From an uncultured Acidobacteriota bacterium (GTDB taxonomy: Bacteria > Acidobacteriota > Thermoanaerobaculia > Multivoradales > UBA5704), in contig CAWHUF010000011.1 of the NCBI GenBank assembly GCA_963832495.1, positions 963,242 through 1,027,241 on the forward strand: a stretch of DNA of 64,000 bases, in the 5' to 3' direction. Positions 34,053 through 46,368 of the stretch are shown here, piece after piece; the first letter of the stretch is position 1; every line of letters begins with the position of its first letter. The notes beneath the pieces were generated by a model that had not been told where the DNA came from, ran no database searches, and saw only the letters and a program-made list of their open reading frames with translations. The position numbers and the translations under genes were made by a program.

Positions 34053-34544
34053 ATGAGATTTCGTCTCAAGTTCCGGAAGTATTCTGGACCGCTCTGGTCC
34101 TGTTTGTCAACTCAATGCGGACGGGTACAGAATCTGCACAGCCTGGAGGACATGCTGGAATTGAAGAGCTACGAATTTCCTCCTGAAGTCGAAGGCGCCG
34201 AGCCCCCAGACGACGACTCCGCGCGCCCTGAGGCATTGCGGGAGCCTCTGCCGCTCGAGATCCGGGTCGAGCCCCGCCCTCCCCTGTCGCTGGGCATCCG
34301 GATCGGGATCTTCATCACCGGTTGGCTGCTGATCCTGGTCGGAGTGGCCGGCCTGGTGCTTCCGGGCATCCAGGGGATCGCCACCATCCTGGTCGGCGCC
34401 GCCCTGCTCTCGCTCGACAATGAATTCGTCTACCGCGCCCTGCGCCGCCTGCTCGCCCGCTGGCCCGGCGCCTGGCGCAAGATCGAGCACTTCCGCGAGA
34501 AGTCCCACGACTGGCTTCACCGCACATTCCACCGGAAAGGCTGA
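34053..34544 (+). CDS. PGPGW-family small membrane protein (start uncertain, possibly ATG 34152)
   Basis: WLLILVGVAGLVLPGIQGIATILVGAALLS (PGPGW-like motif). Confidence 0.5.
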   Translation: MRFRLKFRKYSGPLWSCLSTQCGRVQNLHSLEDMLELKSYEFPPEVEGAEPPDDDSARPEALREPLPLEIRVEPRPPLSLGIRIGIFITGWLLILVGVAGLVLPGIQGIATILVGAALLSLDNEFVYRALRRLLARWPGAWRKIEHFREKSHDWLHRTFHRKG

Positions 34545-34560
34545 CCTCACCCCCAACCCC

Positions 34561-35911
34561 CATGGGCGTTAACCTAAAATCCAGCTCTTGAGAAGCTCAG
34601 CCAAGCTCTCAATCTGCGGGCGTCGCCTCTTCCGTCGAGAGTCCGCAAGGGTCAACTTTCCCTCTGAAGTAGCTTGAAGAAGAGCAGAAAGAGGAGGCAG
34701 GGGACACAAAGCCTGACGGAGGGCTGCGACCATCAGTCGAGTCCAGCGCCAGAGATGAGGCCGCTCAGGCGGGGAGCCCATGGAGCCGGTATCCCCAGGG
34801 GGAAAGTGTCAGCGCGTTTCGGTACAGTGTTTCCAATAAGAGCGCGACCACCATCTTGGCCGAGATCCAGGATTGGGCCACCAAGCGATCCTTGTGGGGC
34901 AGTTGTCCGAGTTGGAGGATCTGCTTGAGTCGTTTGAAGGCTAGCTCGATCTGCCAGCGGAAGCGATAGAGCTCCAGAATCTCAGGGGCCTCCAGCCGCT
35001 CGACTGGCAAGGTTGTGAACAGCAAAACGTAGTGGGCTGCCAAGCGGGTCTTGTCGCTGACCTGCTGGCCCTTTTTCATCGCTCGGCGGATCGCCTTTTC
35101 CTCGGCCTTCTGGGCCAAAGGCGCCGGGAGCTTCAAAATCACCAAGCGCCCGGGCAGATCCTTGCCCTTCGGATCGCTCAGCCAAACTGGCCAGTCCCCT
35201 GCCTCTCCAATCTGCAAGGTCACCGCTCGATCCAAAGCGTAGATTTTTCGTCCCTGCTGATCCTTGAGAACCGGATGAACCCAGCGCATCCGGACGAGAA
35301 CATGGCCTTGAGCTTGAACAATGGCGCGCACTCCCTTGGGTCGCAGGAAGTTGCGGTCCGCCAAGATCACATCCCCTGCCTCCACGGCCGCCCGCTCCAG
35401 CAACTCGCTGCCCTGCGCGTCGGTCAACTCCAGCCAGTCGCACGCTAAACTGCTCAAGTCCAAGGTGTAGTGAAGCCGCCACTCGGTACCTTGGCTGCCC
35501 GGACCTTGAACCGTTGTACTGTCTACGATCCGGGCTCTAAGCCCTTCCGGCACTCGCACTTGCTCCCGCATCTGGCGCGACAACTCACTGGCAATCCAAT
35601 TGAGCCAAGCCCCAGAAGAGCGCAGTCGCTTGAACAGAGCCACGGAGGAGAGGCTCGCCAATCCAGCCAGACGGGCCTGAGCCACCGTCTGCCGCAAACC
35701 ACCGTCATGAACGGCATGGAACAACAGGAGCCGCAGCAGGTCTCCAGGGGTCTGGGTATAGCGGACTCGCCGGAATGCTCCCTTCTGCCGGGCCTGCTCC
35801 TCCCATCCAGATGGAAGAAGGCTCTCGATGATCTTCCACTCGGCTTGGCTCGCTCCAGTATCCATGCCTTAAGGGTACCATGAAAGGCCCATTTTTAGGT
35901 TAACGCCTATG
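34561..35911 (-). mobile_element. IS4-family insertion sequence with about 20-bp imperfect terminal inverted repeats and 11-bp target-site duplication CCCCCAACCCC
   Basis: IR-L CATGGGCGTTAACCTAAAAT (34561-34580). IR-R ATTTTTAGGTTAACGCCTATG (35891-35911). Direct repeats cccccaacccc at 34550-34560 and 35912-35922. GC is lower than the flanks. Confidence 0.7.
34765..35865 (-). CDS. IS4-family DDE transposase
   Basis: 366-aa ORF with ...YRFRWQIELAFKRLK... C-terminal signature of IS4-type transposases. Confidence 0.8.
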   Translation of the reverse strand: MDTGASQAEWKIIESLLPSGWEEQARQKGAFRRVRYTQTPGDLLRLLLFHAVHDGGLRQTVAQARLAGLASLSSVALFKRLRSSGAWLNWIASELSRQMREQVRVPEGLRARIVDSTTVQGPGSQGTEWRLHYTLDLSSLACDWLELTDAQGSELLERAAVEAGDVILADRNFLRPKGVRAIVQAQGHVLVRMRWVHPVLKDQQGRKIYALDRAVTLQIGEAGDWPVWLSDPKGKDLPGRLVILKLPAPLAQKAEEKAIRRAMKKGQQVSDKTRLAAHYVLLFTTLPVERLEAPEILELYRFRWQIELAFKRLKQILQLGQLPHKDRLVAQSWISAKMVVALLLETLYRNALTLSPWGYRLHGLPA

Positions 35912-35950
35912 CCCCCAACCCCTCTCCTTCAGGAGAGGGCCGGGGTGGGG

Positions 35951-37282
<1,332 letters not shown>

Positions 37283-37388
37283 CTCCCCTTCTCAAAGGTG
37301 CTGCAAGAAAGTGCTCCATGGCTCCGTAGGAGGAAGGGAGCACCCCGGCGATTCTATCGCCCGCCTTCTCGCGCACGCAAGGAACGTG

Positions 37389-39725
37389 CTAGAGCTCCCG
37401 CAGGGCCGTGGCCACCGGCAGGCGCGCCGCGCGGATGGCGGGGAAAAGGCCGCCGATCAACCCCATCAGCAGCGAGCAGACGATGCCCAGCACGATGAGC
37501 GGCGGCGTGACGGCGAACGCGAACGACAGCTGGCTGAACGTGCTCCAGTTCAGGGTCGAGGTCTGGAACCCGTCGAAGGCCAGCCAGGCCACGCCCGCCC
37601 CGATCAGGCCGCCCACGAGCGCCAGCAGCAGCGCCTCCGACAGCACGGAGATCACCACGGGCCCGGCGCGGAACCCGAGGGCCCGCAGCGTCGCGATCTC
37701 CCGCGTCCGCGAGGCCACCGCCGCGTACATGGTGTTGAGCGCCGCGAACACGGCTCCCGCCCCCATGGTGACGGTGATGAAGATCCCGATGATCTTGATC
37801 ATCAGGGTCAGCGCCTGCGATTGGGAAGCGTAGTACTCCTCCTCGCGGATCACCTTGGTGTCGAGCTGGGGATTGCTGGTCAGGGCGTCCTTGAAGGCCG
37901 TGAACGCCGCCGGGGAATCGAGCTTGACGTAGACCGACTGGAACGAGCTGCCTCGCCGGTAGGCGGGCTGGAGCACCCCGACGTCGCACCAGATCTCCGA
38001 CTCGGGAACGCCGCCATCGGCCTCGAAGATCCCCACCACGCTCCACTCGTTCTCGCCCCAGCGCAGGCGGTTGCCCAGGTCCAGGCCCGCGAACTGCGAC
38101 GCCGCGGCCCGGCCCACCACGATCTCGTTGCGGCCGGGCTCGAACTTCCTCCCCTCGACGATCCGCACCTTGTCGCGCACCTCGAAGGCGGCCGGCTGCA
38201 CGCCCCGCAGGGGCACGTTGGCGTCGGTTCCCGTGGAACGCTTCGGCAGGTCGACGATCACGTAGAGCTCGGCCGAGGCGGCCCGCGCTCCCGGCGCCTC
38301 CGCGATGAGGCGCGTGGCCTCACGCTCCAGGCCGCTCATCATCTCGCTGTCGCTGCCGGACCGCAGCACCACGGCCGTGTCCGACGAGGCGCTCGCGGTC
38401 AGGGCGTCACGCACGCCTTCCCCGATGGAGAACACGGCGATGGAGACGATCACCACCCCGGCCACGCCGATGATGATCGCCAGCGAGGAGCCGGCGCGCT
38501 GCGGGATCGTCCGCAGGTTGACCGCCGTCACCGCCAGCGACTTGAGAGAGCCAGTTCATGGTTCATACCCTCCGCAGCGCATCGACGATGCGCAGCCGCA
38601 TGGCCTGGGCCGCCGGCAGCAGCCCGGCGAGGATCCCGAAGAACAGCACCAGCGCTGCTCCGGTCAGGAGAGCGTTGGCCGGCAGGAAGAAGACCGGCAG
38701 GAAGGACTTCAGCGCCTGGCCCAGCCCGGGAATGATCACTGCCACGGCCAGGAGCAGGCCCAGCCCGCCGCCGAGCACGGCGATGGCCACCGACTCGGCG
38801 AGCACCAGCGCCAGCACCCGCCCGCGCGAAAAGCCCAGCGTCTTCAGCACGGCCAGCTCATTGGTGCGCTCCCGCACCGCCTGCGCCATGGTGTTGCCCG
38901 TCACCACCAGCATGATGAGGAAGACCGCCGTCAGCACCCAGCGGACGATCGCCGCGATGTTGCCCACCTGGTTGGCGAAGCACTGGGCGAAGGCCTTCTC
39001 GGTGTTGGTCTTGGTCTCGGCCGGCGAGTTGGCGAACAGGCCGTCGATGCGGCTCGAGAGGCTCGGCGGCCTGCGCCGGATCGGCGATCCTCACCGTGTA
39101 CCAGCCCACGAAGCCGAGCCGCCCGCCCATGCCCTCGTTCAGGTAGTCGTAGCGGAAGTACATGCCGCTGGTGTCGGTCCCCTTCTCCTTCCCCTCGTAG
39201 ATGCCGGAGACGTTGAATTCCCACAGGCTCGACGCCACCCGGCTTGCGGTAGATCGTGGCCTGGATGGGGATGCGGTCGCCGACCTTGAAGCCGAACCGG
39301 TCGGCAAGCTGCCGGCCGACGATCGCTCCCGTGCGGTCGGAGAGCCAGGCCTTCTTCTGCTCCGGGGTCAGGACGTACTCGGGGTAGAGGTCCAGGAAGG
39401 TCTCGTGGTCGACCGCCATCTGGCCGAAGAAGTTCTTGGGGTCCTGATAGATGCCGCCGAACCAGTTGGCGAAGGTGACGGCCTCGACGCCCGGCACCGC
39501 CTTGATCCGCGGCCCGTAGGTGGCCGGCAGCGGCTGGATGAGCGCGACCTTGTGGATCGTCAGCAGGCGGTCCGCCCCCGCCAGCTCCACGCCGCCGGTG
39601 AAGGCGTTGTCGATGGCCAGCAGGGCCCCGAACAGCACGAAGCTGACGAAGACCGACAGCACCGTGAAGATCGTCCGGGCCTTCTTCCGCTTCAGGTTGC
39701 TCCAGACCAGGGGTAGGAATTTCAT
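37389..39725 (-). CDS. MacB-like ABC efflux permease (two MacB_PCD + FtsX modules); 2-3 frame disruptions
   Basis: Pieces in three frames: 38931-39725 ([25 protein letters not shown]...), 38563-38967 (FtsX TM segment ...LGFSRGRVLALVLAES...), 37389-38531 (second periplasmic domain + FtsX ...LRALGFRAGPVVISVL...). Confidence 0.65.
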
Positions 39726-40417
39726 GCCGCCGCCTCCAGCACGAGGCTGCCCTTCTCCAGGTGCACGGTGCGCCGGGCCCGCGCCGCGGCGTGGGGGTCG
39801 TGAGTGACCATGATGATGGTCTTGCCGTGCTCGCGGTTGAGCGCCTGCAGCAGGTCCAGGATCTCGTCGCCCGACTTGCGGTCCAGATCGCCCGTGGGCT
39901 CGTCGCAGAGCAGCAGCGTCGGGTCGGTGACGATGGCTCGGGCGATGCCCACCCGCTGCTCCTGGCCGCCCGAGAGCTGCCGCGGGTAGTGCCTGGCGCG
40001 GTCGGCGAGGCCGACCATGGCGAGCGCCGCCGCCACGTGCTTCTTGCGCTGCGCCGCCGACAGGTGGGTCAGCAGCAGCGGCAGCTCCACGTTGCGCTCG
40101 GCCGTGAGCACCGGCAGCAGGTTGTAGAACTGGAAGACGAAGCCGACGTGGCGCGCCCGCCAGTTGGCGAGCTGCCCTTCGGAGAGCCGGTGAATGGACT
40201 CGCCCGCCACCTCCACGGAGCCGGACGTCGGCCGGTCGAGCCCGCCGATCAGGTTGAGCAGCGTCGTCTTGCCGGACCCCGAGGGTCCCATCAGCGCCAG
40301 GAAATCTCCCGGGGGGATCTCGAGGTCGATTCCCTGCAGGATCTCGATCTTCTCATCGCCGCGCCGGTAGGTCTTGTGGACGTCCTGGACGCGGACCAGC
40401 GTACCGTTCTGCTCCAT
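39722..40417 (-). CDS. ABC transporter ATP-binding protein (MacB/LolD-type)
   Basis: Start [13 protein letters not shown] after a [54 protein letters not shown]. Confidence 0.85.
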   Translation of the reverse strand: MEQNGTLVRVQDVHKTYRRGDEKIEILQGIDLEIPPGDFLALMGPSGSGKTTLLNLIGGLDRPTSGSVEVAGESIHRLSEGQLANWRARHVGFVFQFYNLLPVLTAERNVELPLLLTHLSAAQRKKHVAAALAMVGLADRARHYPRQLSGGQEQRVGIARAIVTDPTLLLCDEPTGDLDRKSGDEILDLLQALNREHGKTIIMVTHDPHAAARARRTVHLEKGSLVLEAAA

Positions 40418-40449
40418 TCGATCCTCCTCGTTTCTCATTACTGAGCGGA

Positions 40450-41703
40450 TTACTGAGCGGAGACCTGGACGGAGACCAGGGCCCCGTCCTTCAAGTCCGC
40501 GGGACCTTCCGTGACCACCCTCTCGCCCGCGGCGAGGCCGGAGGTCACCACCGCTTCCTCGCCCTGGCTCGCCGCGAGCCCCACCGCCCGCCGCTCCACG
40601 CGGTCACCCTGGACCACGAAGACGACGTTCTTGTCGCCCTCCTGGCGCACGGCGGCGCGGGGGACCACCACCGCGGCTTTTCCCCCGCTGTTACCCACCG
40701 GCTCTCCCGGCTTTTCGTCCCCCAGGAAAGCCACCTTGACGCCCATGTCCGGCAGGATCCGCGGGTCGAGCTGGTCGAAAGACAACCGCACCCTCACCGT
40801 GGCCTTCTGCCGGTCGGCCGTGGGCACGGGCATGATGACCCGGGACGGGATCTGCCAGTCGGGGTAGGCGTCGAGCGTGGCGAACGCCTTCTGGCCGGGC
40901 TTCACCCGCTGGATGTAGCTCTCGTTGACGTCCACCTCGACCTCGAGCGAGCTCATGTCCACCAGCGTGCAGATGCCCGTGCGGGTGAAGCCGCCGCCGG
41001 CCGACACGGGCGAGATCATCTCGCCGGGCTGGGCGTCCTTGCTCACGGCCACGCCGGAGAAGGGGGCGCGGATCACCGTGTCGTCCACGTCCTGGCGCCG
41101 CAGGGCCACCTCGCGCTCGGCCACGGTCACCTCCTGGCGGCCGACTTCGAGCCGCGCCGCGAGCGAGTCCACCTCGGCGTCGGCCGTGTCCCCCTGGGCC
41201 TGGGTCGAGACCCCCTGTTCCAGCAGGCGCCGCATGCGCTGCTGGTTGAGCTTGGCCTCGCGCAGCCGCACCTCGGTCTCGGCGAGACTCCGGCGCTGCG
41301 AGCCGAGACGGGCCTCGGCCAGGGCGAGCTGCTTTCTCGGCGTGGCGTCGTCGAGACGGGCGAGCACCTGCCCCTCGCGCACCTCCATCCCCTCCTCCAC
41401 CAGCACGTCCACCACCTTGCCCGTGACCTTGGAGGAGACAGTCGCCTGGCGGCGGGCCGTCACGTAGCCCGAGGCGTTGAGCACCGCGCCCGCCGCGGCC
41501 GAGCCGCCGGCGCGGGTCTCCGCGGGTTCCGCAGCGATGGCCTTCACCTGCACCGGCCGCGGCCGGGTGAACCACCACCATCCCGCCGCGGCCACCAGGG
41601 CCACGGCCAGCAAAACAATCCACAGACGCCCGCGGCCGCCGCTCTCTTCCACCCCCGAGCGGTCGATGCGCAGGGCGTCCAGCGAAGGTCTTTCCGAAGC
41701 CAT
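40450..41703 (-). CDS. Efflux transporter periplasmic adaptor (membrane fusion protein, MacA/HlyD family)
   Basis: N-terminal TM (LWIVLLAVALVAAAGWWWF). Coiled-coil region (LAEARLGSQRRSLAETEVRLREAKLNQQRMRRLLEQG). Beta-barrel/MPD C-terminal region. Confidence 0.8.
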   Translation of the reverse strand: MASERPSLDALRIDRSGVEESGGRGRLWIVLLAVALVAAAGWWWFTRPRPVQVKAIAAEPAETRAGGSAAAGAVLNASGYVTARRQATVSSKVTGKVVDVLVEEGMEVREGQVLARLDDATPRKQLALAEARLGSQRRSLAETEVRLREAKLNQQRMRRLLEQGVSTQAQGDTADAEVDSLAARLEVGRQEVTVAEREVALRRQDVDDTVIRAPFSGVAVSKDAQPGEMISPVSAGGGFTRTGICTLVDMSSLEVEVDVNESYIQRVKPGQKAFATLDAYPDWQIPSRVIMPVPTADRQKATVRVRLSFDQLDPRILPDMGVKVAFLGDEKPGEPVGNSGGKAAVVVPRAAVRQEGDKNVVFVVQGDRVERRAVGLAASQGEEAVVTSGLAAGERVVTEGPADLKDGALVSVQVSAQ

Positions 41704-41795
41704 CCCTTCTCCTCCCCTGTTCCAAGTGTGCTGATACGGATGGGGACTGACTGAAGTTGCCGGAGGGATTCTACCCGAAGGCGCAATCGAAGCGG

Positions 41796-41940
41796 AAGAT
41801 CAGGCCTCGCAAAAAGATCAGGCCTCGCAAAAAGATCAGGCCTCGCAAAAAGATCAGGCCTCGCAAAAAGATCAGGCCTCTCAAAAGGTCAGGCCTCGCA
41901 AAAAGATCAGGCCTCTCAAAAGGTCAGGCCTCGTAGATGG
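41796..41940. repeat. Tandem repeat: about 8 copies of an 18-bp unit AAGATCAGGCCTCGCAAA
   Basis: Copies at about 41796, 41814, 41832, 41850, 41868 (variant), 41886, 41904 and 41922. The last copy contains the queD stop codon. Confidence 0.8.
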
Positions 41941-42316
41941 CGCAGGAGGTCTCGGTCTCCCACACCTCGACCCGGGTCACCCGCACCCGGTCCTGCTCCG
42001 CCCCCTCCAGTAATCGCCGCTCGACCTCCTCGAAGACGTACTGGCTGAACAGCTCCGCCGTGGTGTTCCGTTGGTCGAACGGCGGGATCTCGTTGATCAC
42101 CTGATGGTCGAAGGGTCCCAGGATCTCCTGCATCATGGCCTTCAGGTCGGCGAAGTCGAGGACCATCCCCAGCCCGTCCAGCCGCTCGGCCTCGAGGTGC
42201 ACCCTCACCCGGTAGTTGTGGCCGTGCAGGTTCTGGCACCCGCGGGTGTGGCCCCGGATGGCATGGGCGGCGGCGAAGTGGAAGTCCTTGAAGATCGTGT
42301 GCATGGCCGCCCTCAT
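41924..42316 (-). CDS. queD: 6-carboxy-5,6,7,8-tetrahydropterin synthase QueD (PTPS family)
   Basis: MRAAMHTIFKDFHFAAAHAI...CQNLHGHNYRVRVHLEAERLDGLGMVLDFADLK...EVWETETSCAIYEA. Confidence 0.75.
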   Translation of the reverse strand: MRAAMHTIFKDFHFAAAHAIRGHTRGCQNLHGHNYRVRVHLEAERLDGLGMVLDFADLKAMMQEILGPFDHQVINEIPPFDQRNTTAELFSQYVFEEVERRLLEGAEQDRVRVTRVEVWETETSCAIYEA

Positions 42317-42691
42317 CGTGTCGCCCGGAGCCCGGAGAGTCAAGAGGTCCACAACAGAGGACGCAGCCGGCTCCGGAAGAGGACGATTAGAAACCTTTTT
42401 CGGATTCAAAGTTTCGGATCACGACGGTTTTCCGTTTTCCCTTCCCGGTCCGGACGAAACGCCCCTGTTCAGGGACGAAACGCCGGATTTCCGGGACGGC
42501 GGTGGCACGGTCCTCTCCGCCCCGGATACCTGTCGCGTTTTTTACGATCCATCCCGTTGAATCCGGCTTTCCGATCAGAATTCAATTTCTCCCGTGGAAT
42601 CAATGATTTAGCGGGGCGGCACAGCCGTTGCTCTAGCGTCCGGCGTTGGTGATTCAAACATAGGGGGGCAACAACAGGAGGTTTTGTTCTC

Positions 42692-45672
42692 ATGAATTTT
42701 CTTCTATTCTCAAAGCGCGCCATTTCCCTCGCCGTTCTGCTGCTCGTCCTCGCCATGCCGGCGATGGCGCAGCTCCAGAGCGGCAACCTGCACGGCATCG
42801 CCGCGGGGGTGGAAGGCACGCCGATGCCCGGGGTCACCGTGACCCTGACGGGCGTCGGCGCTCCGCAGACCACGACCACGGACGAGCAGGGACGGTTCCG
42901 GTTCCTCGGTCTGTCGCCCGGCCTCTACACCGTCGAGAGCGCGCTCCAGGGCTTCGCGTCCGACCGGCGCGACAACGTCGAGATCAACGTCGGCCGCAAC
43001 ACCGAGGTCACGCTGACCGTGCGGGTCACGGACGTGATCGAGGTCCGCGGTGAACGGGCCGATGCTCCGTTGCTCGACACACGCCGCGTCGCCCAGAGCC
43101 AGACGGTCACGCTCACGGAGCTGGAGAGCATCCCCACGGCCCGCGATCCCTGGGCCGTCCTCAGCTCCATGCCGGGCGTGCTGACCGACCGCATCAACGT
43201 CGGCGGCAACGAGAGCGGCCAGCAGTCGCACGTTCGTCGGTCCCGGCTCCGGCGGCGACCAGGCCGTCTGGTCGCTCGACGGCATGGTGATCACCGACAT
43301 GTCGGCCATCGGCTCCTCGCCCGGCTACTACGACTTCGAGTCGTTCGAGGAGATGCAGGTGACGACCGGCGGCAGCGACGCCTCGATCGCCACCGGCGGC
43401 GTGGTGCTCAACATGGTCACCCGGCGCGGCGACAACGCAGTGGCGCGGCTCCGGCCGCTACGTGGTCTCGGACGACAGCATGCAGTCCGACCTCGAGTTC
43501 GACCGCGAGCGACCTCGGCCAGGCCGGCCCCTGGAACAACGGCAACGCCCAGACCGCCTTCAAGCAGGGCAACCGGATCGTCGAGAACGTCGGACTGACG
43601 GCGCCGAGCTCGGCGGCCCCGTCGTCAAGGACCGCCTGTGGGTCTGGGGCTCGTACGCCAAGCCGGAGATCCACCTGCTGACGATCGACGACTTCAGCGA
43701 CAAGACCACCCTCGAGGAGCTGGAACGCTCAAGCTGAACGCCCAGATCACGCCGAGCAACTCGGCGACCGCCTTCGCCTGGCAGAGCGACAAGGTCAAGA
43801 TCGGCCGCAACGCCAGCCCCACTGCGGCCCCAGGAGACCACCTGGAACCAGTCGAAATTCGGGCCCGATCCCGACGGCCTGGAAGGTGGAGGACACCCAG
43901 ATCTTCGGCACCAGCTTCTTCATCACCGGCATGTACTCGGTGGTCAACGGCGGCTTCCAGCTCGTGCCCCAGGGCGGCGACGGTGATCGCCTTACCGCGA
44001 TCGCCGGGCTGAAGTGGCACAACAGCTTCCTGCTCAACCAGATCGAGCGCCCCAGGAGCAGATCAAGGCCGACGCCTCCAACTTCTTCAACACCGGCGAC
44101 CTCTCCCACGAGCTCAAGTACGGCGCCGGCTACCGCACGGCCGAGCAGTCGTCGCTCTTCACGCTGGCCGGGCGGCGGCGTCGAGATCGTCCTGGGCAAC
44201 GGCAACTACCTGCTGGGCCTCGCCCGCGACGGCGGTGCCCGAGGTCGAAGACCGAGTACACCAACGCTCTACGTGCAGGACACGCTGGTCAAGGGCAACC
44301 TCACCGCCAACGTCGGCCTGCGCTACGACCGCCAGGGCGGCGAGAACCTGGCCTCCACCGTGCCGGCCAACCCGGTCTTCCCCGAGCTGCTGCCCGCCGG
44401 CCACTACGAGGGCGGCGACAGCCGGCTTCGAGTGGACGACGATCACTCCCCGCCTCGGCCTGACCTACGCCCTGGGCGCCCAGCGCAAGACCCTGCTGCG
44501 CGCCAGCTACTCGCGCTTCGCCGACCAGCTCGGCACCGGCGTCGCCGGCTTCCTCAACCCGCTCGGCGGGCTGCAGGCTACCGGCTACTTCTACACCACC
44601 AACAACGGCGGCCCCACCCTGGAGCCGGGCGAGCTCGGCCCCGAGTCCTCGGGCTCAGCGGCAACATCAATCCGATCACCTTCGAGCCGCTGCAGTCGAA
44701 CGCCGTGGATCCGAACCTCGACGCGCCGATCACCGACGAGCTCCTGCTCGGCATCGAGCACGCCCTGCGGCCGGAGCTTCGCTGGTGGGCCTGAACCTCA
44801 ACTACCGGCAGCTCCACCGGCATCCTCGAAGCCGAGCGCCTGGTCTTCGACGCGACGATCCGTTCTCCGACGAGAACCTCGGCACCGTCGGCCGCGTCCA
44901 CCGGCGGGACGACTACGTGCCGAGCGCACCTCAGATCCTTTCGTGGCCCCCGACGGCCGCACCTACACCGTGCACTACTGGGACCTGCGCGACGGCGTCA
45001 CCACCCGCAACGGCTTCCGGCTCGAGAACGGCGACCGCGAGCAGGAGTTCCTGGGCGCTTCGCTGACCTTCAACAAGCGGCTCGCCAACCGCTGGATGAT
45101 GCGCGGCAACGTCTCCTGGCAGGACTGGACGTGGAACATCCCCGACAGCGAGAACGAGGATCCGACCGACACCATCGGCCGGCGGCATGGTGGACGGCAC
45201 CGACGTGCTCCAGGGCTCGGGCACTCGTCTCCGGCGCCAAGGGCAACGTGTTCATCAACAGCACGTGGTCCTACAGCCTGAACGGCCTCTACCAGATCGC
45301 GCCCGACCGCCCCTGGGGCTTCAACGTCGCCGCGAACCTGAACGGCCGCCAGGGCTACCCGCTCCGCTACGTCGCGGCGCGTCAACCGTGCGGCGATCAG
45401 TGACAACGCCGGCAGTCGGCATCGACATCCCGATCGACTCCTCTCCGGACGCCTTCCGCTACCCCGACGTCCACGTGGTCGACCTGCGGGCCGAGAAGGA
45501 GTTCACCTTCAGCGACTTCGGCTTGACGTTGGGGATCGACCTGTTCAACGCCTTCAACGAGTCCTACGTGCTCCAGCGCCAGGGCGTCCTCGGGTTCAAC
45601 TCCTCCAACAGGGTGGTGGAGGTCCTGAGCCCGCGCGTCCTCCAGCTTGGAGCCCGTGTGAGCTTCCGTTAG
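42692..45672 (+). pseudogene. Oar-like TonB-dependent-receptor-like outer-membrane protein (CarboxypepD_reg N-terminal domain + plug-like + beta-barrel) with about 20 frame disruptions
   Basis: Signal MNFLLFSKRAISLAVLLLVLAMPAMAQ. GVTVTLTGVGAPQTTTTDEQGRFRFLGLSPGLYTV. ELESIPTARDPWAVLSSMPGV. Remaining pieces in alternating frames, homologous throughout to the minus-strand paralog 56853-59241. Ends ...LQLGARVSFR. Confidence 0.6.
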
Positions 45673-45744
45673 TCAGTGCCTCTCCGATGCCTGCCGCCGG
45701 GGGCGACCCCGGCGGCCCTTTTTTCTCGACTGGGAGGTCCTGAG

Positions 45745-46221
45745 ATGATGAACCTGAGAAGCGTGACTCTCGAAGACGATTTCCGCGACGCTGTACGAGA
45801 ACGCCGCCTGGCCGAGCTCCTGGCCGCCGCGGCCACGCTGCAACGCCAGCTCGCCGTCCTGCTCGGCCCGCCGCAACCCGAAGTCCCCACCTTCCGGCGG
45901 CTCGCCGTGCGCAACAACGGCAACGTGCTCTTCCTGGCGCCGGAAGAGATCGAATGGATCGAAGCGGCCGGCAACTACGTCCGCCTGAACGCCCTGGGCC
46001 AGTCGCACCTGCTGCGCGAGACGATGTCCGGAGTGGAGGCCAAGCTCCCTCGCGACCGCTTCCTGCGCATCCACCGCTCGGCCATCGTCAACCTCGAAAC
46101 CGTGCGCGAGCTGGAGCCCAGCCCCCACGGCGATTTCGTGGTGGTCTTGAAGAGCGGCAAAAGGCTGCCGCTGTCGCGGGGGTGCAGGGACCGGCTGGAA
46201 GAGGCGCTGGGGACGGGGTAA
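45745..46221 (+). CDS. Stand-alone LytTR-family DNA-binding protein
   Basis: RBS GGGAGG 7 nt before the ATG. IEWIEAAGNYVRLNALGQSHLLRETMSGVEAKLPRDRFLRIHRSAIVNLETVRELE (LytTR domain). Confidence 0.7.
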   Translation: MMNLRSVTLEDDFRDAVRERRLAELLAAAATLQRQLAVLLGPPQPEVPTFRRLAVRNNGNVLFLAPEEIEWIEAAGNYVRLNALGQSHLLRETMSGVEAKLPRDRFLRIHRSAIVNLETVRELEPSPHGDFVVVLKSGKRLPLSRGCRDRLEEALGTG

Positions 46222-46368
46222 GCTAACCTCATTCTTAATTTCTCCTGACTTCGGTGTCACGCATCTAAGGATTGAAGACACCTTATGCTTTGCCAAGCGA
46301 GCTCCGCCCCCCAGTCCGGGGACGGGCTCATGACAAACGTCTCGTTCTCAAACCAGTCAGGAGGCCCC

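Noticed and set aside
41796-41940. Possible CRISPR array (regular short repeats)
   Set aside because: The repeats are directly tandem (18-bp period) with no intervening unique spacers, and no cas genes are nearby. This is a simple tandem repeat.
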